From: an uncultured Thermoplasmatales archaeon | GTDB lineage: Archaea > Thermoplasmatota > E2 > DHVEG-1 | NCBI GenBank assembly: GCA_964467345.1 | Contig: CAYXPY010000006.1 | Coordinates: 5,303-69,302, forward strand | DNA length: 64,000 nt | Direction of reading: 5' to 3' | Part shown: piece after piece, positions 48,034 to 57,298 of the stretch | Position numbering within the stretch: position 1 is the stretch's first letter | Layout: each line of letters begins with the position of its first letter | Made by a program: the position numbers and the translations under genes | Notes under the pieces: model-generated | The model's input: the letters and a program-made list of their open reading frames with translations, nothing else | Databases searched by the model: none | What the model was told of the DNA's origin: nothing

Positions 48034-48942
48034 GTGAAACTCGTTTACCTGTGGCAGATAGTAAAATTAGCACGAATGCCGATTGTTCTGGCAGTGATAC
48101 CGATTTTCCTTATCGGTGTCTTGTTCGCACTTCGTTCTGGAGTGTCCTTTTCTCTTGTCAATTTCCTCTGGGGTTTTAGCATCTTATTTATCATTGAGAT
48201 AGCAGCGTCCTTTGCAAACGATTTCTATGATTACGACGCGGATAAACACAACAGACAATTTGGTTTCTCTGGCGGGAGTGGAGTCTTACTCGAATATCCA
48301 GAACTGCTCCCATTTGCAAAATGGGCATCAGTCATGATGTTTATCCTTGCCCTCATCTTAACAGGTTTGTTTATCGTTGTCGCATCACTGCCTCTTTGGG
48401 TCATCGCTTATATCGGTGTTGCCGTGTTTTTTTGTTGGTTTTACACCGCACCGCCACTTCGTCTTGTATATAGAGGTCTTGGTGAAATACCTCATCTATT
48501 CGCAGGAATCATGTTCCCTGGATGGGGGTATCTTATCCTGACTGGGACTATCACATCTGATCTCCTCATTTTTGCAATCCCCTTTGGGTTTCTTGGTCTA
48601 ACAGTGATACTGAATTTTGAGATACCTGACAGGGAAGCCGATATCCATGGGGGGAAACGAAATCTCGTCGTGATGAAAGGTCGGTATTTTTCTTTTCTCA
48701 TAATTTTTTTATTTTATCTGGTTACTTTTCTTTATTTTTTTATTCTCGCAGTCTTTGGCTGGTTTAATGATATCATCAATCCATGGGTGATTACAATTCT
48801 TGCGTTTCTCCCTGTATCCCTCTCTTTTATCGCTATCATTAAAAAATCTATACAACAAGATATCGCAACAAAATACGCCATACGAAATGCGATCGCTGGC
48901 TTTCTTTCGTCGTTTCTAATAATGGCATCCCTTTTATTTTAA
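48034..48942 (+). CDS. UbiA-family prenyltransferase (MenA-like)
   Basis: ANDFYDYDAD, SGGSG, YTAPPLRLVYRGLGE, EIPDREADIHGGKRNL. Confidence 0.85.
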   Translation: MKLVYLWQIVKLARMPIVLAVIPIFLIGVLFALRSGVSFSLVNFLWGFSILFIIEIAASFANDFYDYDADKHNRQFGFSGGSGVLLEYPELLPFAKWASVMMFILALILTGLFIVVASLPLWVIAYIGVAVFFCWFYTAPPLRLVYRGLGEIPHLFAGIMFPGWGYLILTGTITSDLLIFAIPFGFLGLTVILNFEIPDREADIHGGKRNLVVMKGRYFSFLIIFLFYLVTFLYFFILAVFGWFNDIINPWVITILAFLPVSLSFIAIIKKSIQQDIATKYAIRNAIAGFLSSFLIMASLLF

Positions 48943-49092
48943 CTGAAAACCTTGAGATATTGAATGTGTAACACATTTTTAGGGAATCTATATAAATATC
49001 TTTTGTAAAATTTATTTAAAGAGATCTTTTATTCCTAAAATATGGGAGTTATCTCCTAGAATAGAATCATCATGATTAAAGGGGAGTAAAGA

Positions 49093-49911
49093 ATGAAAAA
49101 AAGAACTGCAATAGTCTTGGCAATAATGCTGCTGCTCTCAAGCTTTGTCGTTGTAGGGACCACACAATCTCATCAATTAAATGACGATACTATTGAAATG
49201 AAACATGAGATTCAACCATGGTCAACACTCCAATCAGACGATGACATTACGATATCCTTTTCAAAGGCCCCATTGTCCTTAGGAGTAAATATTGAAATAC
49301 AAAACAACGGAAATGAGACCTATCAAGACGTACAATGGAGTTTTCGAGCAAAACCACAGATCTCTGGAACCGGGCTTATTTACAAAGACCAGATACGATC
49401 CGGGGTGATTGACCAACTTGGTTCCAATGAGCTGGTGACAATTCCCTTACGACCTTTGAAGGGGCAAACTTCGAGTCCTTTTGGGCTTGGGTTGTTCTAT
49501 TTTAACGCCTCGGTCAGCACCTCAGATGTCTTCTTCCGCTCTTCACAGCTGTGTTGGCTGGTGTTCTTTTTCATGGTTAATCTGAAACCAACCTACATGG
49601 ATATAGCGCCTGCAGAAGCATACAGCTTATATGAAAATGGGACTTTTAACCTCATCATCGATGTGGTTGGCTTGAATATCTATAGCCTTGGTCATCTCCC
49701 TGGCGCTGTGAATTATGTCTGGGCTGATGGGACATTAAATCAGACGATCCCCACTCTTGACAAAAACCTAACCTATCTTGTCTACTGTCACACCGATCCA
49801 CCTTCCACCGCAAGTGCTCAAGCGTTGGTCAATGCAGGGTTTTCCAAAGTCTATCGATTAGAAGGAAATTATCGAGCCTGGGTTGATGCAGGCTACCCTA
49901 CAGAAACCTAA
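49093..49911 (+). CDS. Secreted protein with an Ig-like domain and a C-terminal rhodanese domain
   Basis: Signal peptide; IIDV...GHLPGAVN...LVYCHTD...LVNAGFSKVYRLEGNYRAWVDAGYP. Confidence 0.85.
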   Translation: MKKRTAIVLAIMLLLSSFVVVGTTQSHQLNDDTIEMKHEIQPWSTLQSDDDITISFSKAPLSLGVNIEIQNNGNETYQDVQWSFRAKPQISGTGLIYKDQIRSGVIDQLGSNELVTIPLRPLKGQTSSPFGLGLFYFNASVSTSDVFFRSSQLCWLVFFFMVNLKPTYMDIAPAEAYSLYENGTFNLIIDVVGLNIYSLGHLPGAVNYVWADGTLNQTIPTLDKNLTYLVYCHTDPPSTASAQALVNAGFSKVYRLEGNYRAWVDAGYPTET

Positions 49912-50017
49912 ACACACCTTCCTTATCCCCTTCTTTATGCACCGTAACAAATAAAGTCACATAATCTTCTTAAACCACTGTAGTATACGACTAACAAGGT
50001 TTGAAAGCGGGAGACAT

Positions 50018-50737
50018 ATGATTATCAACTATCTTATCTTAGACATCCTTATAATCTTATTTCCGTTCTTACTTTCATTTAAGTGGAAATTTGCTTATTA
50101 TCGGTACTACAAGGCATTGTTCCCTGCGATTGCTATCGTAGGCACTGGCTATATCATCTGGGATGCGATTGTCACGGCGCGAGGAGACTGGTGGTTCAAC
50201 TATGAGTATCTCTCGGGAATCACCATCATCGGACTACCTCTTGAAGAGATCTTATTCTTCATTGTTGTCCCCTATTCCTGTATATTCATCTATGAGAACC
50301 TTGAGTATTTCTTTCCTGATAAAAAAATAAGATTCAACAAGATCTTCTATGTTGTTTTGATCGTATTGTTCGTTATCGGTGGACTTGCCTTCTATCATCA
50401 GGACTATACGATCCTTGCTCTGATGTCGTGTGCGTTCTTTTTCCTAGTAGCACTTTGGCGTTCCCCAGACATCCTGCAATCCCGGAACTACTGGCTCTAC
50501 ATCGGGATTTCGATGATTCCCTTCATCATTTTCAATTATCTCTTGACCTCCATTCCGATCGTTCTGTATAATCCAGCGGCCATATGGGGTGGCGATGGTC
50601 TTTGGAACGGACGGTTCTTCACCATTCCTCTTGAGGATTTCTTTTACAATTACTCGATGCTGTCCTTTTATCTCCTCGTATACGTATATTTCAAAAAACG
50701 ATGGATATCCAATAAAAAAGATAATTCTCACAGGTGA
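50018..50737 (+). CDS. crtY: Lycopene beta-cyclase, fused CrtYc/CrtYd (archaeal membrane type)
   Basis: Two repeats: IWDAIV...GDWWFN...GLPLEEILFFIVVPY and FNYLL...Y...IPLEDFFY. Confidence 0.88.
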   Translation: MIINYLILDILIILFPFLLSFKWKFAYYRYYKALFPAIAIVGTGYIIWDAIVTARGDWWFNYEYLSGITIIGLPLEEILFFIVVPYSCIFIYENLEYFFPDKKIRFNKIFYVVLIVLFVIGGLAFYHQDYTILALMSCAFFFLVALWRSPDILQSRNYWLYIGISMIPFIIFNYLLTSIPIVLYNPAAIWGGDGLWNGRFFTIPLEDFFYNYSMLSFYLLVYVYFKKRWISNKKDNSHR

Positions 50738-50746
50738 TACAACTTG

Positions 50747-50790
50747 TTTATGATTCTATATGATGTAATCATAAAATATTTATGCTATTA
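50747..50790 (+). promoter_or_regulatory. Inverted repeat overlapping a BRE/TATA-like element upstream of crtI
   Basis: TTTATGATT-N11-AATCATAAA (50747-50775) running into AAAATATTTATG. Confidence 0.35.
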
Positions 50791-50813
50791 CACATTCGTT
50801 GATAAAAAAAGGG

Positions 50814-52301
50814 ATGAACGTGGCTGAAAAAAAAATCATCATCATCGGTGCTGGATTCGGTGGCATGTCTCTTGGGGCACTGCTTGCCAAGGAAGGACAT
50901 CAGGTAACCATCCTTGAAAAAAACGACCAGCCAGGGGGACGAGCGATCGTTTGGAAAGAAAAAGGATTCGTCTTCGACATGGGACCGTCCTGGTACCTCA
51001 TGCCTGATGTGTTTGATAAATTCTTTGCGGAATTTGGGAAAAAACCAGATGATTATTACAAGCTTGTCCGACTCAATCCCGCGTACCGAGTGTTTTTCAG
51101 CAAAGATGAAATCGTTGATGTGTCACCTGACCTTGAACAGAACCTGCAGCTCTTCGAACGCTACCAGAAAGGAGGACGTGAACAACTAAAAAGATATCTT
51201 GCTGCAGCTGAGTATCAGTATCAAATTGCGATGAATGAGTTCATCTACAAGGAATACCGCCATCTCTGGGATTTCTTCAGCCTCCGACTGCTGCTTAAGG
51301 GCAGCAAACTGCATATCTTCACCAGCCTGGATGAATACGCCAAACGGTACATCACCGATCCCAAGATGCGGAAAATACTGGAATACACGATGGTGTTCCT
51401 TGGTGGGACACCCTTTGATACCCCTGCCTTGTATTCCCTGATGTCCCATGTCGACTTCAACTTAGGCGTCTGGTACCCCGATGGCGGATTTGGGGCGCTT
51501 GCAAAGGGATTTGAACGACTCGCTACCGAACAAGGTGTGGTTTTTGAGTATAACGCTGAGGTGGAAAAGATAACTGTCAGTGGCAATCGTGTCACCGGTG
51601 TGAAAACTGCAAAAGGCGACATGGCTGCTGATGTTGTGATCGCCAACGCTGATTACCCGTACGTCGAAACCCATCTGTTGGAAAAACAATATCAAACCTA
51701 TCCTGAGGAGTACTGGAACAAAAAAGCTATCGCTCCCTCAGCTCTCCTGATGTATCTTGGGGTGAAAGGAAAAATCAAGGCGTTTGCACATCATAACCTA
51801 TATTTCGCGCCTCAATGGGAGGACCATTTCAACACCATCTTCCATGACCCCCGATGGCCGCAGGACCCCTCCTACTATGTCAGCTGTCCATCGAAAACCG
51901 ACCCAACCGTGGCACCCGCCCAGGACGAAAACATTTTCATCCTCATCCCGGTAGCAGCAGGTCTACCAGACACGCAAGAAACCCGGGAGAAATATTTCAC
52001 GAAAGTCATGGACCATCTCGAGGAACTCACTGGGGAAAACATCAAGGACAGACTGATAGTGAAACGACTGTTCGCACATCAAGATTTCACACAACAATAT
52101 CATGCGTACAAAGGCACTGCTCTTGGTCTGGCACATACCTTAGGGCAGACCGCAATCTTCCGCTCCTCCCATAAGAGTAAAAAAGTAAAAGGGCTGTATT
52201 ACACCGGACACTACACACACCCAGGCATTGGAGTGCCTATGGTTATCATCTCCTCCCAAATCGTGGCTTCGGAGATAAGGAACGCATATGATCATCGATA
52301 A
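50814..52301 (+). CDS. crtI: Phytoene desaturase
   Basis: IIGAGFGG, GFVFDMGPSWY, YPDGG, YHAYKGTALG, HPGIGVPMVIIS. Confidence 0.95.
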   Translation: MNVAEKKIIIIGAGFGGMSLGALLAKEGHQVTILEKNDQPGGRAIVWKEKGFVFDMGPSWYLMPDVFDKFFAEFGKKPDDYYKLVRLNPAYRVFFSKDEIVDVSPDLEQNLQLFERYQKGGREQLKRYLAAAEYQYQIAMNEFIYKEYRHLWDFFSLRLLLKGSKLHIFTSLDEYAKRYITDPKMRKILEYTMVFLGGTPFDTPALYSLMSHVDFNLGVWYPDGGFGALAKGFERLATEQGVVFEYNAEVEKITVSGNRVTGVKTAKGDMAADVVIANADYPYVETHLLEKQYQTYPEEYWNKKAIAPSALLMYLGVKGKIKAFAHHNLYFAPQWEDHFNTIFHDPRWPQDPSYYVSCPSKTDPTVAPAQDENIFILIPVAAGLPDTQETREKYFTKVMDHLEELTGENIKDRLIVKRLFAHQDFTQQYHAYKGTALGLAHTLGQTAIFRSSHKSKKVKGLYYTGHYTHPGIGVPMVIISSQIVASEIRNAYDHR

Positions 52302-53181
52302 AACGTTCTTCTCTATCTTTCGCAAAGGAAGTCGTACCTACTTCTACAGTAGCATTTTTTTTCCAATGCACATACGACGAGAAGTATTCATCCTGTATGG
52401 GTTTGTCAGGAAAACCGATAATTACGTTGATGTCATCCCACAGGACCGTGACGGATTCTATGAGTTCAAAGAGAAATATTATCAGGCAAAACAAGGTAAA
52501 GAGACAGGAGATATCGTTATTGATTCGTTCGTCCGTTTAGCAGAAAAAAAGAAATTTCAGGATGAATGGATCGAGGCGTTCCTCCATTCCATGGAGATGG
52601 ATTTAACAAAGAAACGCTATGAGACCATCGATGAGGTGCTAGAGTATATCTACGGTTCTGCGGAAGTCATTGGTCTGATGATGGCAAAAATCATCGGACT
52701 GCCAAAAGAATCCTTCGAGCATGCCAAATACCTCGGACGAGCGATGCAATACATTAACTTCATCAGGGATATCGCCGAGGACCTGGATCTTGGACGGGTC
52801 TATTTCCCTCAAACTGATTTACGGAAACACGGACTGGCGAACCTCACCTATGACCATGTCAAAGACCATCCGGATCGATTCACGAATTTTCTTCAGACCC
52901 AGCTTGATCGGTACTGCCACTGGCAGGAGCATGCAGAGGAAGGATACCACTTCATCCCGAAACGATACCTGATATCCATCAAAACCGCATCGGAGATGTA
53001 TCATTGGACCGCTGAACAAATCTCAAACCATCCCTTTATCGTCTATGACATGAAAGTAAAACCTATGATATCAAAAATCCTTCTTACGGTGGTTTCCAAT
53101 CTCATCGATACCATGGGAACAAAATTCGGGACCTCCTTTTGTGTTGAAGCAACCCACGAAAAACATGATTCTTCAGAGTAG
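52288..53181 (+). CDS. crtB: Phytoene synthase
   Basis: KGSRTYFYSS, LYGFVRKTDNYVD, FLHSMEMD, YIYGSAEVIGLM, AMQYINFIRDIAED, GRVYFP. Confidence 0.95.
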   Translation: MIIDKTFFSIFRKGSRTYFYSSIFFPMHIRREVFILYGFVRKTDNYVDVIPQDRDGFYEFKEKYYQAKQGKETGDIVIDSFVRLAEKKKFQDEWIEAFLHSMEMDLTKKRYETIDEVLEYIYGSAEVIGLMMAKIIGLPKESFEHAKYLGRAMQYINFIRDIAEDLDLGRVYFPQTDLRKHGLANLTYDHVKDHPDRFTNFLQTQLDRYCHWQEHAEEGYHFIPKRYLISIKTASEMYHWTAEQISNHPFIVYDMKVKPMISKILLTVVSNLIDTMGTKFGTSFCVEATHEKHDSSE

Positions 53182-53186
53182 TTTCT

Positions 53187-54167
53187 ATGAATGGATTTGT
53201 CAAACCTCGCATCGTAATCAGTAAATGTATCGAATTCGAATTTTGTCGATATAATGGCCAGATAATCCGTAGTGACATCGTCAGTACGATGAAACCACAT
53301 GTTGAGTTCCTCCCGATATGCCCTGAGGTAGAAATTGGACTAGGTATACCCCGAGACCCTATCCGTATCATTGAAAAACAATCGAAAAAATATCTTGTTC
53401 AACCAACTACTGGCCGTGACGTCTCTGAAGATATGAAGAGGTTTACGGAGCGATTTCTTATTAGCCAAAAAGATATCGATGGTTTTTTGTTAAAATCCCA
53501 ATCCCCCTCCTGTGGGACCCGTGATGTGAAAATCTATCCTGCAATGACACCGTCTGCAGCAATCCGTCGAGAAGCAGGTTTTTTTGGTGACCACGTACTT
53601 ACAGATTTTCCTTTTTTGGCAATCGAAGATGAAATGCGTCTGCACAATCCAATCATACGAGAGCATTATTTTATGAAAATCTTTACGTTCGCTCGATTCC
53701 GCAGGATACAACAAGTTGGATTATTACAACCGCTACTTCGATTTCATACTGAAAATAAATTTTTACTAATGGCATACAGTCAAAAGGAGCTACGGAGTCT
53801 TGGCAACATCCTTGCCAACCAAGAAAAACAACCCTTACCTCGTGTCTTTTCAGAATACGAACAACATCTTCATACTGCATTTTCCAAAGCACCGCGGTAT
53901 ACCTCTCAAATCAACGTCCTTAATCATGTGTTTGGGTATGTCTCACAGGACCTCAAAGAAAATGAAAAAAAGTTCTATGCAAGCCTTTTACAGAAATTCC
54001 GTGATGGTCAGATTCCTCTGAGTGTCCTGATAAACCTTGTGAGATCCTGGGTGATACGATTTGATCAACCGTATCTCCTCCCGCAGACCTTTTTCCAACC
54101 CTATCCTGATGAGTTGTTCGATACTGAATCGATAAAAGCAAGCAACGTGAGAGATTTCTGGAAATGA
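53187..54167 (+). CDS. DUF523-DUF1722 protein (TudS/RudS-type 4-thiouridine desulfidase family, YbgA)
   Basis: ISKC...CRYNG, PICPEVEIGLGIPR, KSQSPSCG, AIEDEMRL, FHTENKFLLMAYS, YLLPQTFFQPYP. Confidence 0.9.
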   Translation: MNGFVKPRIVISKCIEFEFCRYNGQIIRSDIVSTMKPHVEFLPICPEVEIGLGIPRDPIRIIEKQSKKYLVQPTTGRDVSEDMKRFTERFLISQKDIDGFLLKSQSPSCGTRDVKIYPAMTPSAAIRREAGFFGDHVLTDFPFLAIEDEMRLHNPIIREHYFMKIFTFARFRRIQQVGLLQPLLRFHTENKFLLMAYSQKELRSLGNILANQEKQPLPRVFSEYEQHLHTAFSKAPRYTSQINVLNHVFGYVSQDLKENEKKFYASLLQKFRDGQIPLSVLINLVRSWVIRFDQPYLLPQTFFQPYPDELFDTESIKASNVRDFWK

Positions 54168-55066
54168 AGATAGGATACCCCTGCATTAACCGCTCCCTTT
54201 CCTGCAAGGGAGACCGTACGTTCCGTTTACGCTCGTATTCAGAAGAAAGACTGCAGCAGACCATTCAAAATAACCTTGAGTGCTTGTTCCATATATTACG
54301 ATTCAATCTCGACCACGGGCTGCTCTTTTTCAGAATCTCCTCAGACCTCATTCCCTTCGCATCTCATCCTGTCTGTACGTTCCCCTGGCAGAGGGTGTTT
54401 CAAAAACGTTTCGAGGAAATCGGTCAGTTCATTATAAAAAACGACATGCGCATCTCGATGCATCCAGATCAATTCATCGTACTTAATACACCTAGGGAGG
54501 ACGTCTTTCAACGCAGTGTCGCAGAGATAGCCTATCATGCCAACGTCCTTGACCTCATGGGCCTTGATACATCAGTAAAAATACAGCTTCATGTTGGTGG
54601 CGTCTATGGGGAGAAGCAAAAAAGCATGGATCGGTTTATCAGTCGGTATCGCTCATTAGATGCTACATTGAAGCATAGACTTGTTATCGAAAACGATGAA
54701 AAAAGCTACAGCATCAAGGATTGTCTCCTGATACATGAAAAAACCAAGATTCCGGTTCTTTTTGATTATTTTCATCATACCTTGCTTAATGATCATGAAT
54801 CCTTAAGCGACGTGTTAGAATCCTGTAAAAAAACCTGGAAACCAAAAGACGGGATCCCTATGGTCGATTATAGTTCACAGAAGCCTCAAATGAAAAAAGG
54901 ATCACACGCAGAACATCTAAACAACCATGATTTTTCCAAGTTTGTTCATCAATCAAAACCATATGATTTCGATCTGATGTTGGAGATTAAAGATAAGGAG
55001 CATAGTGCAATTAAGGCACTCAAGATTCTACAATCTGATTACCGACTTGTCTCTCCAACAAAATAA
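54164..55066 (+). CDS. uvsE: UV DNA damage endonuclease
   Basis: MKIGYPCIN, FFRISSDLIPFASHP, RISMHPDQF, HVGGVYG, IENDEK, FDYFHH, MLEIKDKE. Confidence 0.95.
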   Translation: MKIGYPCINRSLSCKGDRTFRLRSYSEERLQQTIQNNLECLFHILRFNLDHGLLFFRISSDLIPFASHPVCTFPWQRVFQKRFEEIGQFIIKNDMRISMHPDQFIVLNTPREDVFQRSVAEIAYHANVLDLMGLDTSVKIQLHVGGVYGEKQKSMDRFISRYRSLDATLKHRLVIENDEKSYSIKDCLLIHEKTKIPVLFDYFHHTLLNDHESLSDVLESCKKTWKPKDGIPMVDYSSQKPQMKKGSHAEHLNNHDFSKFVHQSKPYDFDLMLEIKDKEHSAIKALKILQSDYRLVSPTK

Positions 55067-55075
55067 GAGGTTCTT

Positions 55076-55531
55076 ATGAATGAAAATAATCTAAAGAAAC
55101 AGATATTGCAATTATTTGAACATCAGCGGTTCGCTGTGATTGCCACAGAGAGAAACGGTCAACCCTACACCCATCTTGTCGCTTTTACCTTCACCCCTGA
55201 TTTACGCACACTCCTCTTTGCCACCAGACGGGACACACAAAAATACCTCAATATCAAAGAAAATCCATATGTCTCTGTTTTAATCGATAATCGTGAGAAC
55301 ACTCCTTCTGATCTGTCTGAAGCGATAACGGTCAATGCCCAAGGGCTGGCAACGGAAACACCCGATCTGAGCAAAGCGTATCATAGATTATTGGTAGAAA
55401 AACACCCTGGTCTATCATCATTTTTCGATGATCCTGCTTGTGCTCTCATTGAAGTCCATGTCAGGACCTATCAGGTTGTTCAGAAATTCGAACACATAGA
55501 TATCTTAAAAATACCAGATGAGAAAGCATAA
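55076..55531 (+). CDS. Pyridoxamine 5'-phosphate oxidase-like (split-barrel flavin-binding) protein
   Basis: FAVIATERNGQPYTHLVAF, FATRRDTQKYLNIKENPYVSVLIDNR. Confidence 0.88.
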   Translation: MNENNLKKQILQLFEHQRFAVIATERNGQPYTHLVAFTFTPDLRTLLFATRRDTQKYLNIKENPYVSVLIDNRENTPSDLSEAITVNAQGLATETPDLSKAYHRLLVEKHPGLSSFFDDPACALIEVHVRTYQVVQKFEHIDILKIPDEKA

Positions 55532-55542
55532 TTCACTGCGGT

Positions 55543-56193
55543 TCAGATACTATCAGGGAGATGCAGCTCATAGCCTCGACGAATAAGAGGGGTGTTTATT
55601 AACGCCCTGATGATGTCTAAAGGAGGGAACTGTTCCTTATAACCTAACACCGCGACATAATCCCCACCTTTTTGATACGGATCCCAATAATATACAGAGT
55701 ACGTTCCCGGAGTATTGATCGTCTCATCAAACCGAGGTCCTTGATAGTATGATTTTCCACCGAACGGTTCATAGAACTCTTCTCGGGGAGTCCCTGGTGG
55801 TACGTCTTGTTTTACGATCACACCATATCCAGGCGGAACATCAAATGGTAATGTCTGATTCGGCGGGGGCAGTCCAGGCCCAACTAACGCGAACCATGGG
55901 GTAAAATTCGCGTAAAAACCATCACAAACCGGTACGATGGCCTCAATGAAGACCTGGAGCGGTTGATCCTTAATCTGGAAACTATACACATCGATATCGG
56001 TCGAAGGGTTGATCCAGTCTGTCTCCAACCATGAATACACCGCTATCGATTGAGTGATTGACCTTCGCACCTGAAATGGTTTTTGTATGGTGGAGTCACG
56101 ATGTTCTAAATACGGCACATGAGCTGAGAGAGATGGTAAAAGACAAAGACCGGCACATAAGCCAGCAAAGACTATTAGTACGGTTCTTTTCAT
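55543..56193 (-). CDS. Secreted hypothetical protein, divergent from the heliorhodopsin gene
   Basis: Start reassigned to ATG 56193 (MKRTVLIVFAGLCAGLCLLPSLSAHVP); FYEPFGGKSY, GTYSVYYW, GDYVAVLGYKEQF. Confidence 0.75.
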   Translation of the reverse strand: MKRTVLIVFAGLCAGLCLLPSLSAHVPYLEHRDSTIQKPFQVRRSITQSIAVYSWLETDWINPSTDIDVYSFQIKDQPLQVFIEAIVPVCDGFYANFTPWFALVGPGLPPPNQTLPFDVPPGYGVIVKQDVPPGTPREEFYEPFGGKSYYQGPRFDETINTPGTYSVYYWDPYQKGGDYVAVLGYKEQFPPLDIIRALINTPLIRRGYELHLPDSI

Positions 56194-56323
56194 ACTATTA
56201 TCTAAGGAGATTTCGCTATATAAACATTTTTTATTACGCATTTCTGGGTTATAACACAATTCCATAAAACAAATAAAGCATAACTGATTTCTCAATAGGG
56301 AGTGTTTGAGGGAGAAGATACCC

Positions 56324-57241
56324 ATGCATGAAATAAAAATTATGTGTCCAAAATGCCGCCACCAGTTCATCACCAAAGGTGAACCAAATGAAAAAATCTA
56401 TGTGACATGCCCGTCCTGCAAGACCTATGGGACGTTCACTGTTCCAGCAGGAACCTGTGATCCGAACAAAGTAGAGTGTTTCACCGATACCGGTGATGCC
56501 CGTTTCAAGAAACTACGAATCTTCAATGCAGTCATGGGTGTTATCCACATGATCCAAGGGTTCCTCATGCTTCTTTTAAGTAATGCATTTACACTTCCCC
56601 TGACATACACCCATCCTGAATACAATGCTATTACGAACACGATTTCTCCAGTATCTGAAACCTTTTTCAACGTCCAAATTGGACCACTCGTTGCCTTATT
56701 TCTCTTCATGTCTGCTACCGCTCATATTCTCATCTCAACAGTATTATACAAATGGTATGTAAAAAAACTTCAAAACCATATCAACCCTGCTCGATGGTAT
56801 GAATATTCTTTCAGCGCATCGTTGATGATCTTCCTTATCGCCATGCTTGTGACGATCTATGACTTTGGGACCTTGCTAGCCTTATTTACACTTACCGCAG
56901 TCATGAACCTCATGGGTCTCGTGATGGAGCTGCATAATCAAACAACGACAAAAACAAACTGGACTTCTTTTAATATCGGATGTATCGCTGGTTTTATCCC
57001 TTGGGTCGTCATCTTCATTCCCCTTGTTACTGCTGCTTCTGTACCAGATTTTGTCATTGCTATATTTATAACAATTGCAGTGTTCTTCAATCTGTTCGCC
57101 ATCAACATGTTCTTACAGTATAAGAAAATCGGGAAATGGAAGGAGTACCTCTACGGGGAACGCATGTACATAGTCCTAAGCCTTGTTGCGAAATCCGCCC
57201 TTGCCTGGCAGGTGTTTGCTGGGACGCTTCGACCGATGTAA
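56324..57241 (+). CDS. heR: Heliorhodopsin with an N-terminal zinc-ribbon extension
   Basis: IHMIQG, AHILIS, NPARWYEYSFSAS (counterion Glu), GLVMELHNQ, SLVAKS (retinal Lys); N-terminal CPKC-x17-CPSC. Confidence 0.95.
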   Translation: MHEIKIMCPKCRHQFITKGEPNEKIYVTCPSCKTYGTFTVPAGTCDPNKVECFTDTGDARFKKLRIFNAVMGVIHMIQGFLMLLLSNAFTLPLTYTHPEYNAITNTISPVSETFFNVQIGPLVALFLFMSATAHILISTVLYKWYVKKLQNHINPARWYEYSFSASLMIFLIAMLVTIYDFGTLLALFTLTAVMNLMGLVMELHNQTTTKTNWTSFNIGCIAGFIPWVVIFIPLVTAASVPDFVIAIFITIAVFFNLFAINMFLQYKKIGKWKEYLYGERMYIVLSLVAKSALAWQVFAGTLRPM

Positions 57242-57298
57242 AAAACCAACCCTATTTTCCTTTTTCTTTTTTTTTTTTTCCAAAAAATCATTTCAGCA

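Noticed and set aside
48034-48942. UbiA gene between crtZ and crtY as a lycopene elongase (LyeJ/CrtEb) for C50 carotenoids
   Set aside because: Its motifs (NDxxD..SGGSG, YRGLGE, PDxEAD..GKR) are MenA-like. A cyclase plus CrtZ also points to C40 products.
49946-56278. Shared 11-mer AACAAATAAAG upstream of crtY (49946-49956) and HeR (56268-56278) as a regulon motif
   Set aside because: Very AT-rich, absent before crtI and crtZ, and flanking symmetry is inconsistent; plausible by chance.
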